DNA from: Candidatus Limnocylindrus sp.
Lineage (GTDB): Bacteria; Chloroflexota; Limnocylindria; Limnocylindrales; Limnocylindraceae
NCBI GenBank assembly: GCA_040397175.1
Contig: JBBAWM010000001.1
Location: forward strand, 345,976 to 409,975
DNA: 64,000 nucleotides
Reading direction: 5' to 3'
Made by a program: the position numbers and the translations under genes. The notes below the pieces were generated by a model that was not told the DNA's origin, ran no database searches, and saw only the letters and a program-made list of their open reading frames with translations. How positions within the stretch are numbered: the stretch's first letter is position 1; each line of letters begins with the position of its first letter. Of this stretch, positions 19,945-29,797 are shown piece by piece.

Positions 19945-21546
19945 GTGGGCAAGGATCCAGGCCGCGACGCCGCGCGCCACACGACCACCTCCGGCGCGCC
20001 CCTTGATTCGCACTACGGCCCGAATCCCTCCCGCGACGCCGCCAAGGAGATCGGTGACCCAGGATCATTCCCGTACACGCGCGGCGTGCAAGAGACGATG
20101 TATCGCGGCCGCCTCTGGACGATGCGCCAGTACGCCGGATTCTCGACTGCCCGTGAATCCAACGAGCGATATCGCTACCTGCTTGAGCAGGGCCAAACCG
20201 GCCTCTCTGTCGCCTTCGACCTGCCTACACAGATGGGCTACGACTCTGACGCGCCAGAGGCGGAGGGTGAGGTTGGTCGCGTGGGCGTTGCCATCGACTC
20301 CATCGCCGATATGGAGACGCTCTTCAAAGGGATCCCACTCGACAAGGTCTCGACCTCCATGACGATCAATTCCACCGCGCCGATCCTTCTGGCGCTCTAT
20401 GTGGCAGTTGCGGAGCGACAGGGGGTGTCGCGCGCCGAGCTCTCGGGTACAACACAGAACGATCTCCTCAAGGAGTACATCGCTCGCGGCACCTATATCT
20501 TCCCGCCCGAGCCATCGCTGCGCCTGATCACCGACGTCTTTGAGTGGTGTGCCACCGAACTACCCAAGTGGAATACGATCAGCATCTCGGGTTATCACAT
20601 GCGTGAGGCGGGGGCGACGGCAGCGCAAGAGCTCGCCTTCACCTTTGCCGACGCGATTGCCTATGTCGACGCGGCGATTGCACGCGGCCTTGAGGTGGAC
20701 GCCATCGCGCCGCGCCTCTCCTTCTTCTTCGCGGCGTGGACCGACATCCTCGAAGAGGTGGCGAAGTTCCGCGCCGCGCGCCGCATCTGGGCGCGCATCA
20801 TGCGCGATCGCTACGGCGCCAAGAGCGAGAAGTCGCTCCTCTGCCGCTTCCATGTGCAGACGGCTGGCTCCACCCTCACGGCACAGTCGATCGACAACAA
20901 TGTTGTTCGCGCCGCGTATCAGGCCCTCGCTGCAGTGCTCGGCGGCGCGCAGAGCCTGCACGTCAACGGTAAGGACGAGGCGCTCGCCCTTCCAACCGAA
21001 GCATCGGCGCGCCTCGCGCTGCGCACCCAACAGGTGCTGGCCCACGAGGCGGGCGTCGCAGGAACCGTTGATCCGTTTGGTGGCAGCTACGCCGTAGAGG
21101 CGCTCACCGACCAGGTGGAGCGCGACGCACTCGCCCTCATCGCCGAAGTGGATCGCCTCGGTGGTATGGTCGCCGCCGTTGCCGCGGGATTCCCACAGCG
21201 CTCCATTCAAGACTCGGCCTACGCCTACCAGCGCGAAGTGGAGAGCGGCGAGCGCGTGATCGTGGGCGTCAACCGATTCGTCGACGAAGAGGTTGAGACG
21301 CCAGCCATTGCCCGCATTGACCCGGCACGCGAGCGCGAGCAGATCGCTGAGCTACAGGCGTTCCGTGCCGCGCGCGACAACGCTGCCGCCACCGCCGCCA
21401 TCGCCGAGGTGATCGCCACGGCGAAGGGGAGTGCCAACATGATGCCGCCGATCCTGGCCGCAGTGAAGGCGGGCTGCACCGTTGGCGAGATTAGCGCTGC
21501 ACTGCGCAGCATCTGGGGCGAGCACCGCGAGGCGATGGTCCTATGA
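19945..21546 (+). CDS. Methylmalonyl-CoA mutase, substrate-binding (N-terminal) subunit
   Basis: GTG after GGAGG; [54 protein letters not shown]. No C-terminal B12-binding (DxHxxG) domain. Confidence 0.92.
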   Translation: MGKDPGRDAARHTTTSGAPLDSHYGPNPSRDAAKEIGDPGSFPYTRGVQETMYRGRLWTMRQYAGFSTARESNERYRYLLEQGQTGLSVAFDLPTQMGYDSDAPEAEGEVGRVGVAIDSIADMETLFKGIPLDKVSTSMTINSTAPILLALYVAVAERQGVSRAELSGTTQNDLLKEYIARGTYIFPPEPSLRLITDVFEWCATELPKWNTISISGYHMREAGATAAQELAFTFADAIAYVDAAIARGLEVDAIAPRLSFFFAAWTDILEEVAKFRAARRIWARIMRDRYGAKSEKSLLCRFHVQTAGSTLTAQSIDNNVVRAAYQALAAVLGGAQSLHVNGKDEALALPTEASARLALRTQQVLAHEAGVAGTVDPFGGSYAVEALTDQVERDALALIAEVDRLGGMVAAVAAGFPQRSIQDSAYAYQREVESGERVIVGVNRFVDEEVETPAIARIDPAREREQIAELQAFRAARDNAAATAAIAEVIATAKGSANMMPPILAAVKAGCTVGEISAALRSIWGEHREAMVL

Positions 21547-22010
21547 GCCTCCCCGTGCGCGGTCGCATTCACCACGTCGCCTCTGTCGTCCGCGACATCG
21601 ACGCGTCAATCGACTTTTACACGCGCGTGCTCGGGCTGGCGCTCGAACAGGTGGCCAAGGTGCCGTCACAAGAGGTGCGTATCGCCTTCCTCACCGCCGG
21701 TGACTCCAAGATTGAACTCGTCTCCCCAACAAATGCGACGAGTGGGGTCGCGCGCTTCCTCGAGTCGAAGGGGGAGGGGTTTCACCATCTTTGCCTTGAA
21801 GTTCCCGATATCGCTGCGGAGCTCACCGAACTCGCCGCTGCGGGGGTGCAGCTGATCAACACCGAGGCGGTCGCCGGCGTCGAAGGGCCAGTCGCCTTCT
21901 TGCATCCGAAGAGCTGCAACGGGGTGCTGATTGAATTGATCGAAGCGCCTGGTGGCCCTGAGTGGACGAGGCTCGGATTCGGCGCCCCAGGGGAGCTGCG
22001 GATCCGGTAG
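21543..22010 (+). CDS. mce: Methylmalonyl-CoA epimerase (VOC family)
   Basis: [37 protein letters not shown]; coupled to the mutase gene by an ATGA overlap. Confidence 0.9.
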   Translation: MSLPVRGRIHHVASVVRDIDASIDFYTRVLGLALEQVAKVPSQEVRIAFLTAGDSKIELVSPTNATSGVARFLESKGEGFHHLCLEVPDIAAELTELAAAGVQLINTEAVAGVEGPVAFLHPKSCNGVLIELIEAPGGPEWTRLGFGAPGELRIR

Positions 22011-22013
22011 CGC

Positions 22014-22913
22014 CTAGCGCTTCGTGTACCCGGCCTCAATCAAGAGTCGTGGCAGTTCGGTCGGCGAGGCGGCCACCTTGAACCCGGCGGCCTCCAGTGC
22101 AGCGATCTTGTCGATCGCTCGGCCCGATGCGCCAGAGACGATCGCCCCGGCGTGCCCCATGCGGCGACCCTCAGGTGCGGCGCGTCCGGCGATGAAGGCG
22201 ACACGTGGCAGGTGCTTCAGGTGTTCGCCCGCCCATGCGGCGGCCTCCTCCTCCGCGGATCCGCCGATCTCGCCGATTAGTACGAGTGCGCGCGTCGCAG
22301 GATCCGCAGCGAAGAGCTCAAGTGCGTCGCGGAAGGTGGTGCCGATGATCGGATCGCCGCCAATGCCGAGACAGGTGGACTGACCGATGCCAGCATCCGT
22401 CATTGACTGCACCGCCTCGTAGGTCAGCGTGCCCGAGCGGCTCACCACGCCAACGTCACCGGGAAGGTGAATGGAGGCGGGGATGATGCCGATCTTCGCG
22501 CCGAGTCCGTTCACGCCCGGCGTGGTTGCGCCTGGGCAATTTGGTCCGATCAGTCGCGCGCCGTGCTGCTGCACGATCGCGAGGGCGCCAACCATGTCGT
22601 GGACGGGGATCCCTTCGGTAATGCAGAAGATCGTCTTGATGCCCGACGCGGCCGCCTCGGCAATGGCGTCGGCAGCGCCCGCCGCAGGAACAAAGATGCA
22701 GCTCGTGTTGGCGCCGGTCTTCTCGACCGCTTCGCGCACGGTGTCAAAGACGGCGACGGTGCCGTCGAGCCCGAGTTCGCCACCGCGGCCTGGCGTGACG
22801 CCTGCAACGATCTTGGTGCCATACGCGGCCATCTGGCCCGCGTGGAAGCCACCTTCGCGGCCGGTGAGGCCTTGCACTACGAGTCGCGTGTGCTGATCAA
22901 CGAGAATGCTCAC
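22014..22913 (-). CDS. sucD: Succinyl-CoA synthetase alpha subunit
   Basis: [36 protein letters not shown] (phospho-His). Confidence 0.96.
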   Translation of the reverse strand: MSILVDQHTRLVVQGLTGREGGFHAGQMAAYGTKIVAGVTPGRGGELGLDGTVAVFDTVREAVEKTGANTSCIFVPAAGAADAIAEAAASGIKTIFCITEGIPVHDMVGALAIVQQHGARLIGPNCPGATTPGVNGLGAKIGIIPASIHLPGDVGVVSRSGTLTYEAVQSMTDAGIGQSTCLGIGGDPIIGTTFRDALELFAADPATRALVLIGEIGGSAEEEAAAWAGEHLKHLPRVAFIAGRAAPEGRRMGHAGAIVSGASGRAIDKIAALEAAGFKVAASPTELPRLLIEAGYTKR

Positions 22914-24085
22914 TTGCCGCCCCCCGCTGCAGCGAGTGCTACAGCCTTTTCTGCTGCCTCATCGAGGCTTGCCGCGGTTTCAAATCCACCTTCGCGTAGA
23001 AGTACGGCGGCCTCGGCCGCATTCGTTCCGACAATGCGCACGACCATTGGCACGGTGCGCTCTTGCTGCGCGCGCGCCTCGATGAGCCCCTTCGCGACCT
23101 CGTCGCCGCGCGTGATGCCGCCGAAGATGTTGACAAGGATCGCCTTGACGCCCGCATCGGCAAGGATGATGCGCATTGCGGCAGCAACCTTATCGGCGCG
23201 AGCACCGCCGCCAATGTCGAGGAAGTTTGCCGGCGTGCCGCCGGCGCGGGTCACGAGGTCGAGCGTGGTCATGGCGAGACCCGCACCATTCACCATGCAG
23301 CCGATGCTCCCATCGAGTCGGATGTATGAGATCCCCTGTTCGCGCGCCTCGCGGTCAATGGGATCTTCGCTGTCGGCGTCGCGCCAGGCGGCAAGGTCGG
23401 GGTGACGATCGAGTGCGGAATCATCCAACGTCACCTTGGCGTCGAGGCAGACAAGTCGCTCACCGCCTGGAAGCTCGGGCGCTGGCACCACGGCGAGGGG
23501 ATTCACCTCGACGAGATCGGCGTCGCTCTCACGTGCGATCTTTACGAGCCCGGCGGCGATCACGCAGAACTGCTTCAGCAGTTCACCGCGCAGACCAATG
23601 CCGAATCCGAGGCGGCGCGCTTGGAACGGGAGCAGGCCACCGTGTGGGTGCGCAACTTCTCGAACGATCGCGGCCGGATCCTTTGCGGCGACCTCTTCGA
23701 TCTCCATGCCACCAGCGGCGGATGCCATGACGAGAACGCCACGCGTAGTGCGATCGATCAGTGCGGCGAGATAGATCTCGCGGATGATCGTGGAGGCTGG
23801 CGCAACGAGCACGCGTCGCACAGGAAGGTCCTTGATCGTGAGGGCGAGAATTGCTGCGGCGGTGGCCTCGGCCTCTGCCGCGCTCGCGGCGAGCTTGACC
23901 CCGCCCGCCTTTCCTCGTCCGCCGACGAGGACCTGGGCCTTAACCACGACCTGTGCGACCCCAGAGGCGAAGAGGCGCTCAGCGATGGCGCGGGCGCCCG
24001 CGGCGGTAGTGGCCACGTCGGCATCGGGGACGGGGAGGCCGGCTCGAAATAAGAGTTCTCGGGCTTCAGCCTCGTGTAGCTTCAC
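22910..24085 (-). CDS. sucC: Succinyl-CoA synthetase beta subunit
   Basis: GTG start (MKLHE) after GGAGG; [35 protein letters not shown]. Confidence 0.96.
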   Translation of the reverse strand: MKLHEAEARELLFRAGLPVPDADVATTAAGARAIAERLFASGVAQVVVKAQVLVGGRGKAGGVKLAASAAEAEATAAAILALTIKDLPVRRVLVAPASTIIREIYLAALIDRTTRGVLVMASAAGGMEIEEVAAKDPAAIVREVAHPHGGLLPFQARRLGFGIGLRGELLKQFCVIAAGLVKIARESDADLVEVNPLAVVPAPELPGGERLVCLDAKVTLDDSALDRHPDLAAWRDADSEDPIDREAREQGISYIRLDGSIGCMVNGAGLAMTTLDLVTRAGGTPANFLDIGGGARADKVAAAMRIILADAGVKAILVNIFGGITRGDEVAKGLIEARAQQERTVPMVVRIVGTNAAEAAVLLREGGFETAASLDEAAEKAVALAAAGGGK

Positions 24086-24233
24086 TTCGCCTCCGCATGG
24101 TCCGTGGTGGGTTCCTCCCCGCTGTAACAGGGGGTAGTGTACGCGGGCAGACTTCAAGCGTTGCGGCTAGGATTTGGGGGGCACAATCGTCAGGATTTCA
24201 ACGCCCTGATTGGGAGTAAGGAGGGGTTTACAC

Positions 24234-24647
24234 ATGACCCAAGGATCTAGCCCACTCGCCTCTCCGCAGAAGCTTCGAAACTACCCGGCATATCGCGGCG
24301 GGGAGGGGATGGTCGCCTGGGCCTTCCATCGAATCTCAGGCATTGGCGTATGGGCCTTCATCGTCTTGCACGTATTTGACATTTGGTTGATTGGGGCTAA
24401 TCCCGCGCTCTATGACCAACTGGGCAAAATTTATTCAAGCGCGCCTGGCCGTGTGATGGAGACCCTCCTAGGAGCGGCGCTGTTTTATCACGCCCTCAAC
24501 GGCATGCGCATCGTCGTCATGGACTTCTGGCCTGCGCTGACGATCTTTCACCGTGGACTGTGGCGAGCTGTTTGGGTCACCTTCTTTATCTTTGGCCTAC
24601 CTGGCGCGTACATCATCCTGAAGCCTATCTGGGAGATGGCATCATGA
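24234..24647 (+). CDS. sdhC: Succinate dehydrogenase cytochrome b subunit
   Basis: WAFHRISG, LHVFD, YHALNGMR; three TM helices; AAGGAGG Shine-Dalgarno. Confidence 0.9.
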   Translation: MTQGSSPLASPQKLRNYPAYRGGEGMVAWAFHRISGIGVWAFIVLHVFDIWLIGANPALYDQLGKIYSSAPGRVMETLLGAALFYHALNGMRIVVMDFWPALTIFHRGLWRAVWVTFFIFGLPGAYIILKPIWEMAS

Positions 24648-25033
24648 GCGCTCAAAAGTATTCACTCTCCGGCCGTCCGCGCCCGACAGGGTCGCGCGCT
24701 GATCTCTACGTCTGGCGGGCGGTGCGAATCACTTCAATTGCGCTCTTTGTATTGGCGCTTGCGCACTTCTCGATCACGCACTTCGTCTACGAGGTTGGTG
24801 ACCAGAGTGCAGAGTGGGTCCGCCAGACTCGTTGGAACTCGATCCCCCTCCGTGTGCTGGACTGGGGCATGTTGATGACTGTGTTGGTGCATGGGTTCCT
24901 TGGCATGCGAACGGTCATGCAGGACTACGTCCCCTCGCGCATTAGGCGGGGGTCGCTCATCGGCCTTTACGTCATTGCGCTTCTGCTATTCGTGCTTGGC
25001 ACCCAGGTCATTGCGACCCTACCGATGCGTTAG
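24644..25033 (+). CDS. sdhD: Succinate dehydrogenase membrane anchor subunit
   Basis: Three TM helices, LAHF and VHGFLGMRTVMQDY; ATGA overlap with sdhC. Confidence 0.88.
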   Translation: MSAQKYSLSGRPRPTGSRADLYVWRAVRITSIALFVLALAHFSITHFVYEVGDQSAEWVRQTRWNSIPLRVLDWGMLMTVLVHGFLGMRTVMQDYVPSRIRRGSLIGLYVIALLLFVLGTQVIATLPMR

Positions 25034-25041
25034 GGGGACAT

Positions 25042-26823
25042 ATGGCTAGTGCGCTACGAGCAGAGGTTGGGCAGATTGACGTTGACGCGATCGTGGTCGG
25101 CGCGGGTGGCGCTGGCCTTTGGGCCGCGCTTGAGCTTGCACGCGAAGGAATTCCAACCGCCGTACTGACCAAGCTCTATCCGACCCGCTCGCATACCGGT
25201 GCTGCGCAAGGTGGGGTCTGCGCGGCACTCGGCAACGTTGAAGAGGACCACTGGGAGTGGCACATGTTTGACACGATCAAGGGTGGCGACTACCTCGCCG
25301 ATCAGGATGCGGCCGAAGTGCTCGCGCGTGAGGCGATCCCCGCGGTGATTGAACTGGAGCGCATGGGCCTTCCGTTTAATCGCACTCCTGACGGCAAGAT
25401 CGATCAGCGTCGATTTGGAGGACATACACGCAATTACGGCGAGGGACCGGTGCGTCGTAGCTGCTACGCCGCAGACCGCACTGGGCACATGATCCTGCAA
25501 ACGCTCTACCAGCAGTGCATCAAGGCGGGGGTCAAGTTTTATGACGAGTATCACGTTGTCGATCTGGTCTTCGAAGGGGGCGAGGCGGACAAGGGAGGGC
25601 GCTGCTCTGGGGTTGTTGGGTACAAGATCGCCGACGGTTCGCTCCATGTGTTTCGTGCGAAGGCGGTGCTGCTCGCCACAGGTGGGTACGGTCGCGCGTG
25701 GCGCGTAACGTCAAACGCACACTCATTGACCGGTGATGGGATGGCACTCGCTTGGCGGCATGGCGTGCCACTCCAGGATATGGAGTTCTACCAGTTTCAT
25801 CCGACCGGCATTGTCGGTACGGGAATTCTCTTGAGCGAGGCGGCGCGAGGTGAGGGAGGCTACCTCATCAATGATGCAGGGCAGCGATTTATGGAGTCTT
25901 ACGCTCCGAAGTTGATGGAGCTTGCGCCGCGCGACATGATCTCACGTGCGATCTATCAGGAGATCCGTGAGGGTCGAGGGATCGGGGGAAAAGACTACAT
26001 CCATCTTGACGTGAGACACCTCGGTCGAAAGGTGATTGAAGAGAAGCTCCCTGACATCACCGAACTTGCTCGCATCTATCAGGGCGTAGAACCGATCAGC
26101 GAGCCAGTCCCGGTTCAGCCAACCGCGCATTACGCCATGGGAGGCGTTCCGACAAATCTTGAGACTGAGGTGCTCGCCGATGCTCGTGGCAACGTTGTGC
26201 CTGGGCTCTTTGCCGCCGGCGAAGTCGCCTGCGTAAGCGTGCACGGGGCGAATCGCCTGGGGACCAACTCCCTCGTCGACCTGTTGGTGTTCGGCAAACG
26301 TGCTGGGATCCGTATGGCCCAAGTTTGCAAGAGCACCCCGATGCCCGGCTCAACAAGCGGGGCCGAGCGAGCCGTCCGCGAAGAGCTCCTCGCCCTGAGC
26401 ACGCGCCCATCTGGGGTGCGCCCGGCGGAGATTCGCCGTGAACTCGCCGCCCTGATGATGGACAACGTCGGCGTCTATCGCGACGAGGCCCTCCTTGGCG
26501 CCGCGGTAATGGGGATCGCCAAGTTGAAGGGGGAGTACGCCAACGTGCGCGTGGAGGACACCGGGAGCGTCTTCAACACCGACCTCCTTGAGGCGCGAGA
26601 GCTCGGCTACCTGCTAGACACCGCGGAGGCGACAGCCGTCTCCGCCTACGCACGAACAGAGTCACGTGGTGCGCACAGCCGTGAAGACTTTCCAGAGCGA
26701 AACGACGCTAAGTTCCTAGCGCACACTCTGGTCTGGCAGGGGAGCAATGGTGCACCAGCCACGAAGCTAGACTACAAACCCGTCACGATTACCAAGTTTG
26801 AGCCGAAGGCGAGGGTTTACTAA
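25042..26823 (+). CDS. sdhA: Succinate dehydrogenase flavoprotein
   Basis: GAGGAG, RSHTGAAQGG (covalent FAD His), QFHPTG, HYAMGG, HGANRLGTNSL. Confidence 0.97.
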   Translation: MASALRAEVGQIDVDAIVVGAGGAGLWAALELAREGIPTAVLTKLYPTRSHTGAAQGGVCAALGNVEEDHWEWHMFDTIKGGDYLADQDAAEVLAREAIPAVIELERMGLPFNRTPDGKIDQRRFGGHTRNYGEGPVRRSCYAADRTGHMILQTLYQQCIKAGVKFYDEYHVVDLVFEGGEADKGGRCSGVVGYKIADGSLHVFRAKAVLLATGGYGRAWRVTSNAHSLTGDGMALAWRHGVPLQDMEFYQFHPTGIVGTGILLSEAARGEGGYLINDAGQRFMESYAPKLMELAPRDMISRAIYQEIREGRGIGGKDYIHLDVRHLGRKVIEEKLPDITELARIYQGVEPISEPVPVQPTAHYAMGGVPTNLETEVLADARGNVVPGLFAAGEVACVSVHGANRLGTNSLVDLLVFGKRAGIRMAQVCKSTPMPGSTSGAERAVREELLALSTRPSGVRPAEIRRELAALMMDNVGVYRDEALLGAAVMGIAKLKGEYANVRVEDTGSVFNTDLLEARELGYLLDTAEATAVSAYARTESRGAHSREDFPERNDAKFLAHTLVWQGSNGAPATKLDYKPVTITKFEPKARVY

Positions 26824-27531
26824 ATGGCTTCTGCTACACAGGTTGAGCTCAAGATCCAGCGATATGATCCGGAGCGCGACAGTGAGCCGCACTGGCAAAC
26901 GCTGACGGTTCCGGTGGAGCCTATGGATCGCGTGCTTGATCTGCTCACGCGGGCAAAAGAGCTCTTCGATGGCTCGATCACCTTCCGTCGCTCTTGCGCG
27001 CACGGTGTCTGCGGCTCTGACGCTCTGCTGATTAATGGTCGTAATCGGCTCGCCTGTAAGTTGCGAGTAGAAGCGTTGGGCCGAACGATCACGGTGGCGC
27101 CACTCCCTGGACTGCCGATCGTCAAGGACCTAGTCGTTGATATGGAGGAGTTCTTTGAAAAGTTCCGCTCCGTGCAGCCGTATCTTGTGGCGGCACCAGT
27201 TGAGGGTGACGGTGAGCGGATTCAGAGTGAAGAGCAGCGCGATCGGTATGACGATACGACCAAGTGCATCCTCTGTGCAGCATGTACAACCTCGTGCCCC
27301 AGCTTCTGGGCGCAACCAGAATATGTTGGCCCCGCGGCGATCGTGAACGCGCACCGTTTTATCTTTGACTCGCGTGATGAGAACGCCGATACACGCTTGG
27401 ACATCTTGTCTGACGAAAATGGCGTGTGGCGTTGCCGCACCACCTTCAATTGCGTGGAAGCTTGCCCACGCGGCATCAATATCACGAAGGCGATTCTTGA
27501 GGTTTCCTCCGCAATTAGCGCACGGCGGTAA
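26824..27531 (+). CDS. sdhB: Succinate dehydrogenase iron-sulfur subunit
   Basis: SCAHGVCGSD...LAC, CILCAACTTSCP, CRTTFNCVEACP. Confidence 0.97.
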   Translation: MASATQVELKIQRYDPERDSEPHWQTLTVPVEPMDRVLDLLTRAKELFDGSITFRRSCAHGVCGSDALLINGRNRLACKLRVEALGRTITVAPLPGLPIVKDLVVDMEEFFEKFRSVQPYLVAAPVEGDGERIQSEEQRDRYDDTTKCILCAACTTSCPSFWAQPEYVGPAAIVNAHRFIFDSRDENADTRLDILSDENGVWRCRTTFNCVEACPRGINITKAILEVSSAISARR

Positions 27532-27533
27532 CG

Positions 27534-28844
27534 TTGTCGATTCGGTCGTACATCATTCGTACCGATGGAGCGTGTCGGGGGAACCCTGGGCCAGCATCTA
27601 TTGGCGTGGCTCTCTATGACGTTTCGCTGCCCGGATCTGATGACCCGAACGCAATGCCCATCGCCTCGATCTCTGCAGCGATCGGCACGACTACGAATAA
27701 CGTCGCAGAATGGCGTGCTGTGGTGGCGGCGATTGACTTTGCTGCGGAGCTCGGCGCGCGTGAAATTGATCTACTCCTGGATAGCAAGCTCGTGGTTGAG
27801 CAGCTCCAGGGTCGTTGGCGTGTGCGAGACGCCAAGCTCGCCCCGCTCTGCGATGAGGCCCTAAGGGGGCTGACGCGCTTTACGCATTGGAGTGCACGCC
27901 ATGTGCCGCGCGCACTGAACGGTCGTGCCGATTCACTCGCTAATGAGGCGCTTGATCGCGCGCTGCGCGGCGGGCCAGCCTGGGTCGCTCGCCGTCCGCA
28001 AGACTTAGTCCCCGCCACGGCGACTGCTATCCCTGGCTCCGATTCTTCTGCTACTGCGGCGATGCGCATCACCGTGCTCGGCTCAGGGGCGAGCCGTGGC
28101 GTGCCGCGTGTCGGTTGTCGCTGCGGGGTCTGTCTTTCACGCGATCAGCGCAACCGCCGTCTGCGCAGCTCGGTACTCGTGGAGTGGCTCGACGGTGTCA
28201 CTGAGCGCGGCGTCATCATTGATCCCGGGATGGACCTGCGCCTGCAGGCGCTGCGCCATGGTGTCACTCGACTTGATGGTGCGCTGGTCACCCACATTCA
28301 TGTTGACCACAGCGGTGGGATTGACGAGTTGCGCGCCTATACCGATGCGCAAGATGTTGTACTGCCGATCGGCGCAGGCGAAGCGACCGCGGATGAGCTG
28401 CGAAAGCGCTGGGAGTACGCGGTTGATGGACGAACGGCACCTGGCTCGGGAATCCCTGCGCTGCAACTCGTTGCGTCGGATCGCGAGGTAACGATCGCGG
28501 GCCGCTCATTTCAGGCGATCCACATCGTTCACGGGAAGCGCCCGGCTCACGGTTGGCGGAGTGGGGGATTCGCCTATCTGACCGACGTTAGCTCGGTTCC
28601 GGCGGCATCGCGCGACCTTCTGGGCGACCTTGACCTACTGATCGTTTCGGCGCTGCGCGATCTGCCGCACCCAACGCACCAGACCGTGGACGAGGCGTTG
28701 GAGCTGATTCGAGCGGTTGCCCCACGTCGGGCGCTCCTCACCCACCTTGATCACGACCTCGACTTTGAGGATCTGGCGGCCCGCCTCCCTGCTGGGGTTG
28801 CCCCCGCCTTTGACGGGCTCGTCGTAGAGGTTCCGGCGCGCTAG
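27534..28844 (+). CDS. Fusion: RNase HI (archaeal/actinobacterial type) + PhnP-like metallo-beta-lactamase-fold hydrolase
   Basis: N-terminal TDGACRGNPG, TNNVAE, DSKLVVEQ, HVPR..N..ADSLANEALD. C-terminal domain from 28062: LGSGASRGVP..GCRCGVC...RLRSS, THIHVDH, HG, YLTD, HPTH, THLDH, AFDG. Confidence 0.88.
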   Translation: MSIRSYIIRTDGACRGNPGPASIGVALYDVSLPGSDDPNAMPIASISAAIGTTTNNVAEWRAVVAAIDFAAELGAREIDLLLDSKLVVEQLQGRWRVRDAKLAPLCDEALRGLTRFTHWSARHVPRALNGRADSLANEALDRALRGGPAWVARRPQDLVPATATAIPGSDSSATAAMRITVLGSGASRGVPRVGCRCGVCLSRDQRNRRLRSSVLVEWLDGVTERGVIIDPGMDLRLQALRHGVTRLDGALVTHIHVDHSGGIDELRAYTDAQDVVLPIGAGEATADELRKRWEYAVDGRTAPGSGIPALQLVASDREVTIAGRSFQAIHIVHGKRPAHGWRSGGFAYLTDVSSVPAASRDLLGDLDLLIVSALRDLPHPTHQTVDEALELIRAVAPRRALLTHLDHDLDFEDLAARLPAGVAPAFDGLVVEVPAR

Positions 28845-28852
28845 ACTGCCGA

Positions 28853-29198
28853 TCCGGCGAGATGGCCGGACGGCCGCGTCGCCCCTTCGGGGGCGTCGAG
28901 GAAAGTCCGGGCTCCGAGGTGTAAAGGCAGCGGGTAACGCCCGTCCGCCGTAAGGCGCGGACTAGTGCCACAGAGACGAGTCCACCGCAGAGCTTCGGCT
29001 CAGCGGTGGGGTGAAACGCGGCAAACTCTGCCTGGAGCAAGGTCGAATAGGGAGGCATTCCAGTCGCTTGCGGCTGGACCGGCGCACCGCCGGGACCTCC
29101 GGGTTGACCGCTAGAGCCCCCGAGCAATCGGGGGTCGAGATGGATGGCCGTCCCCCCGCAAGGGGGACAGAACCCGGCTTACAGGCCATCTCGCCGGA
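28853..29198 (+). ncRNA. rnpB: RNase P RNA
   Basis: P1 TCCGGCGAGATGGCC/GGCCATCTCGCCGGA; conserved GAGGAAAGTCCGGGCTCC, AGTGCCACAGA, GGAGCAAG and ACAGAACCCGGCTTA. Confidence 0.96.
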
Positions 29199-29268
29199 CT
29201 CCTACCCGTGCTCGATTCGTGCTTGGCCGCCCTCAAACCCTCTCACGTCAGACCTGCCCATGGCCCCC

Positions 29269-29297
29269 TTGACAGGGGCGAATGGTGGGGGCAAAAT
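29269..29297 (+). promoter_or_regulatory. dcw operon promoter
   Basis: TTGACA (29269-29274), 17-nt spacer, CAAAAT (29292-29297), upstream of mraZ. Confidence 0.65.
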
Positions 29298-29303
29298 GCA
29301 CTT

Positions 29304-29331
29304 AAGTGGTTCTAAGTGGGGGAAGGTGGGG
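29304..29331 (+). promoter_or_regulatory. MraZ-binding direct repeats
   Basis: GTGG at 29306, 29316 and 29326 (exact 10-bp period), plus one at 29285; matches the known MraZ operator layout upstream of mraZ. Confidence 0.8.
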
Positions 29332-29368
29332 TAACACCTCCCATTGGGCCGCGGCGGAGGGTGTACTG

Positions 29369-29797
29369 GTGTTTACCGGCGAATATCGTCATGCCATCGA
29401 TGGGAAGGGACGCGTTGCCGTCCCCGCGCGCTTCCGAGCGCAGCTCGATGAGGGGGCCTTCGTCTCCCGTTGGCTCGACAACTGCCTCGCGATCTTCCCG
29501 CGCGCCGCGTGGGATGACCTCGCCGCTCGCGTCGCCGCCCTGCCAACCGGCAACGCCACCGCCCGTGAATTCGCCCGCTTCCTCTTCGGCAGCGCCTTTG
29601 AAGTAGAGCTCGATGCGCAGGGCCGCCTGCTGCTCCCTGCAACGTTGCGAACCTGGGGCCAGCTCGACGCTGAAGCGATGGTCGTTGGCGCACGCGATCA
29701 CGCCGAAATCTGGACACCGAAGCGCTGGGATTCGTATCGCGGCGGCATGGAGTCTTCTGACGCTCTCGCCGCGCAACTCGAGGAGCTCGGCTTCTAA
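29369..29797 (+). CDS. mraZ: Transcriptional regulator MraZ
   Basis: FTGEYRHAIDGKGR and LDAQGR duplicated motifs, AEIW; GGAGG Shine-Dalgarno. Confidence 0.95.
   Translation: MFTGEYRHAIDGKGRVAVPARFRAQLDEGAFVSRWLDNCLAIFPRAAWDDLAARVAALPTGNATAREFARFLFGSAFEVELDAQGRLLLPATLRTWGQLDAEAMVVGARDHAEIWTPKRWDSYRGGMESSDALAAQLEELGF

Noticed and set aside
29213-29223. TCGATTCGTGC seen after rnpB and again near 49780
   Set aside because: Only two copies of 11 nt with no shared flanks; compatible with chance.
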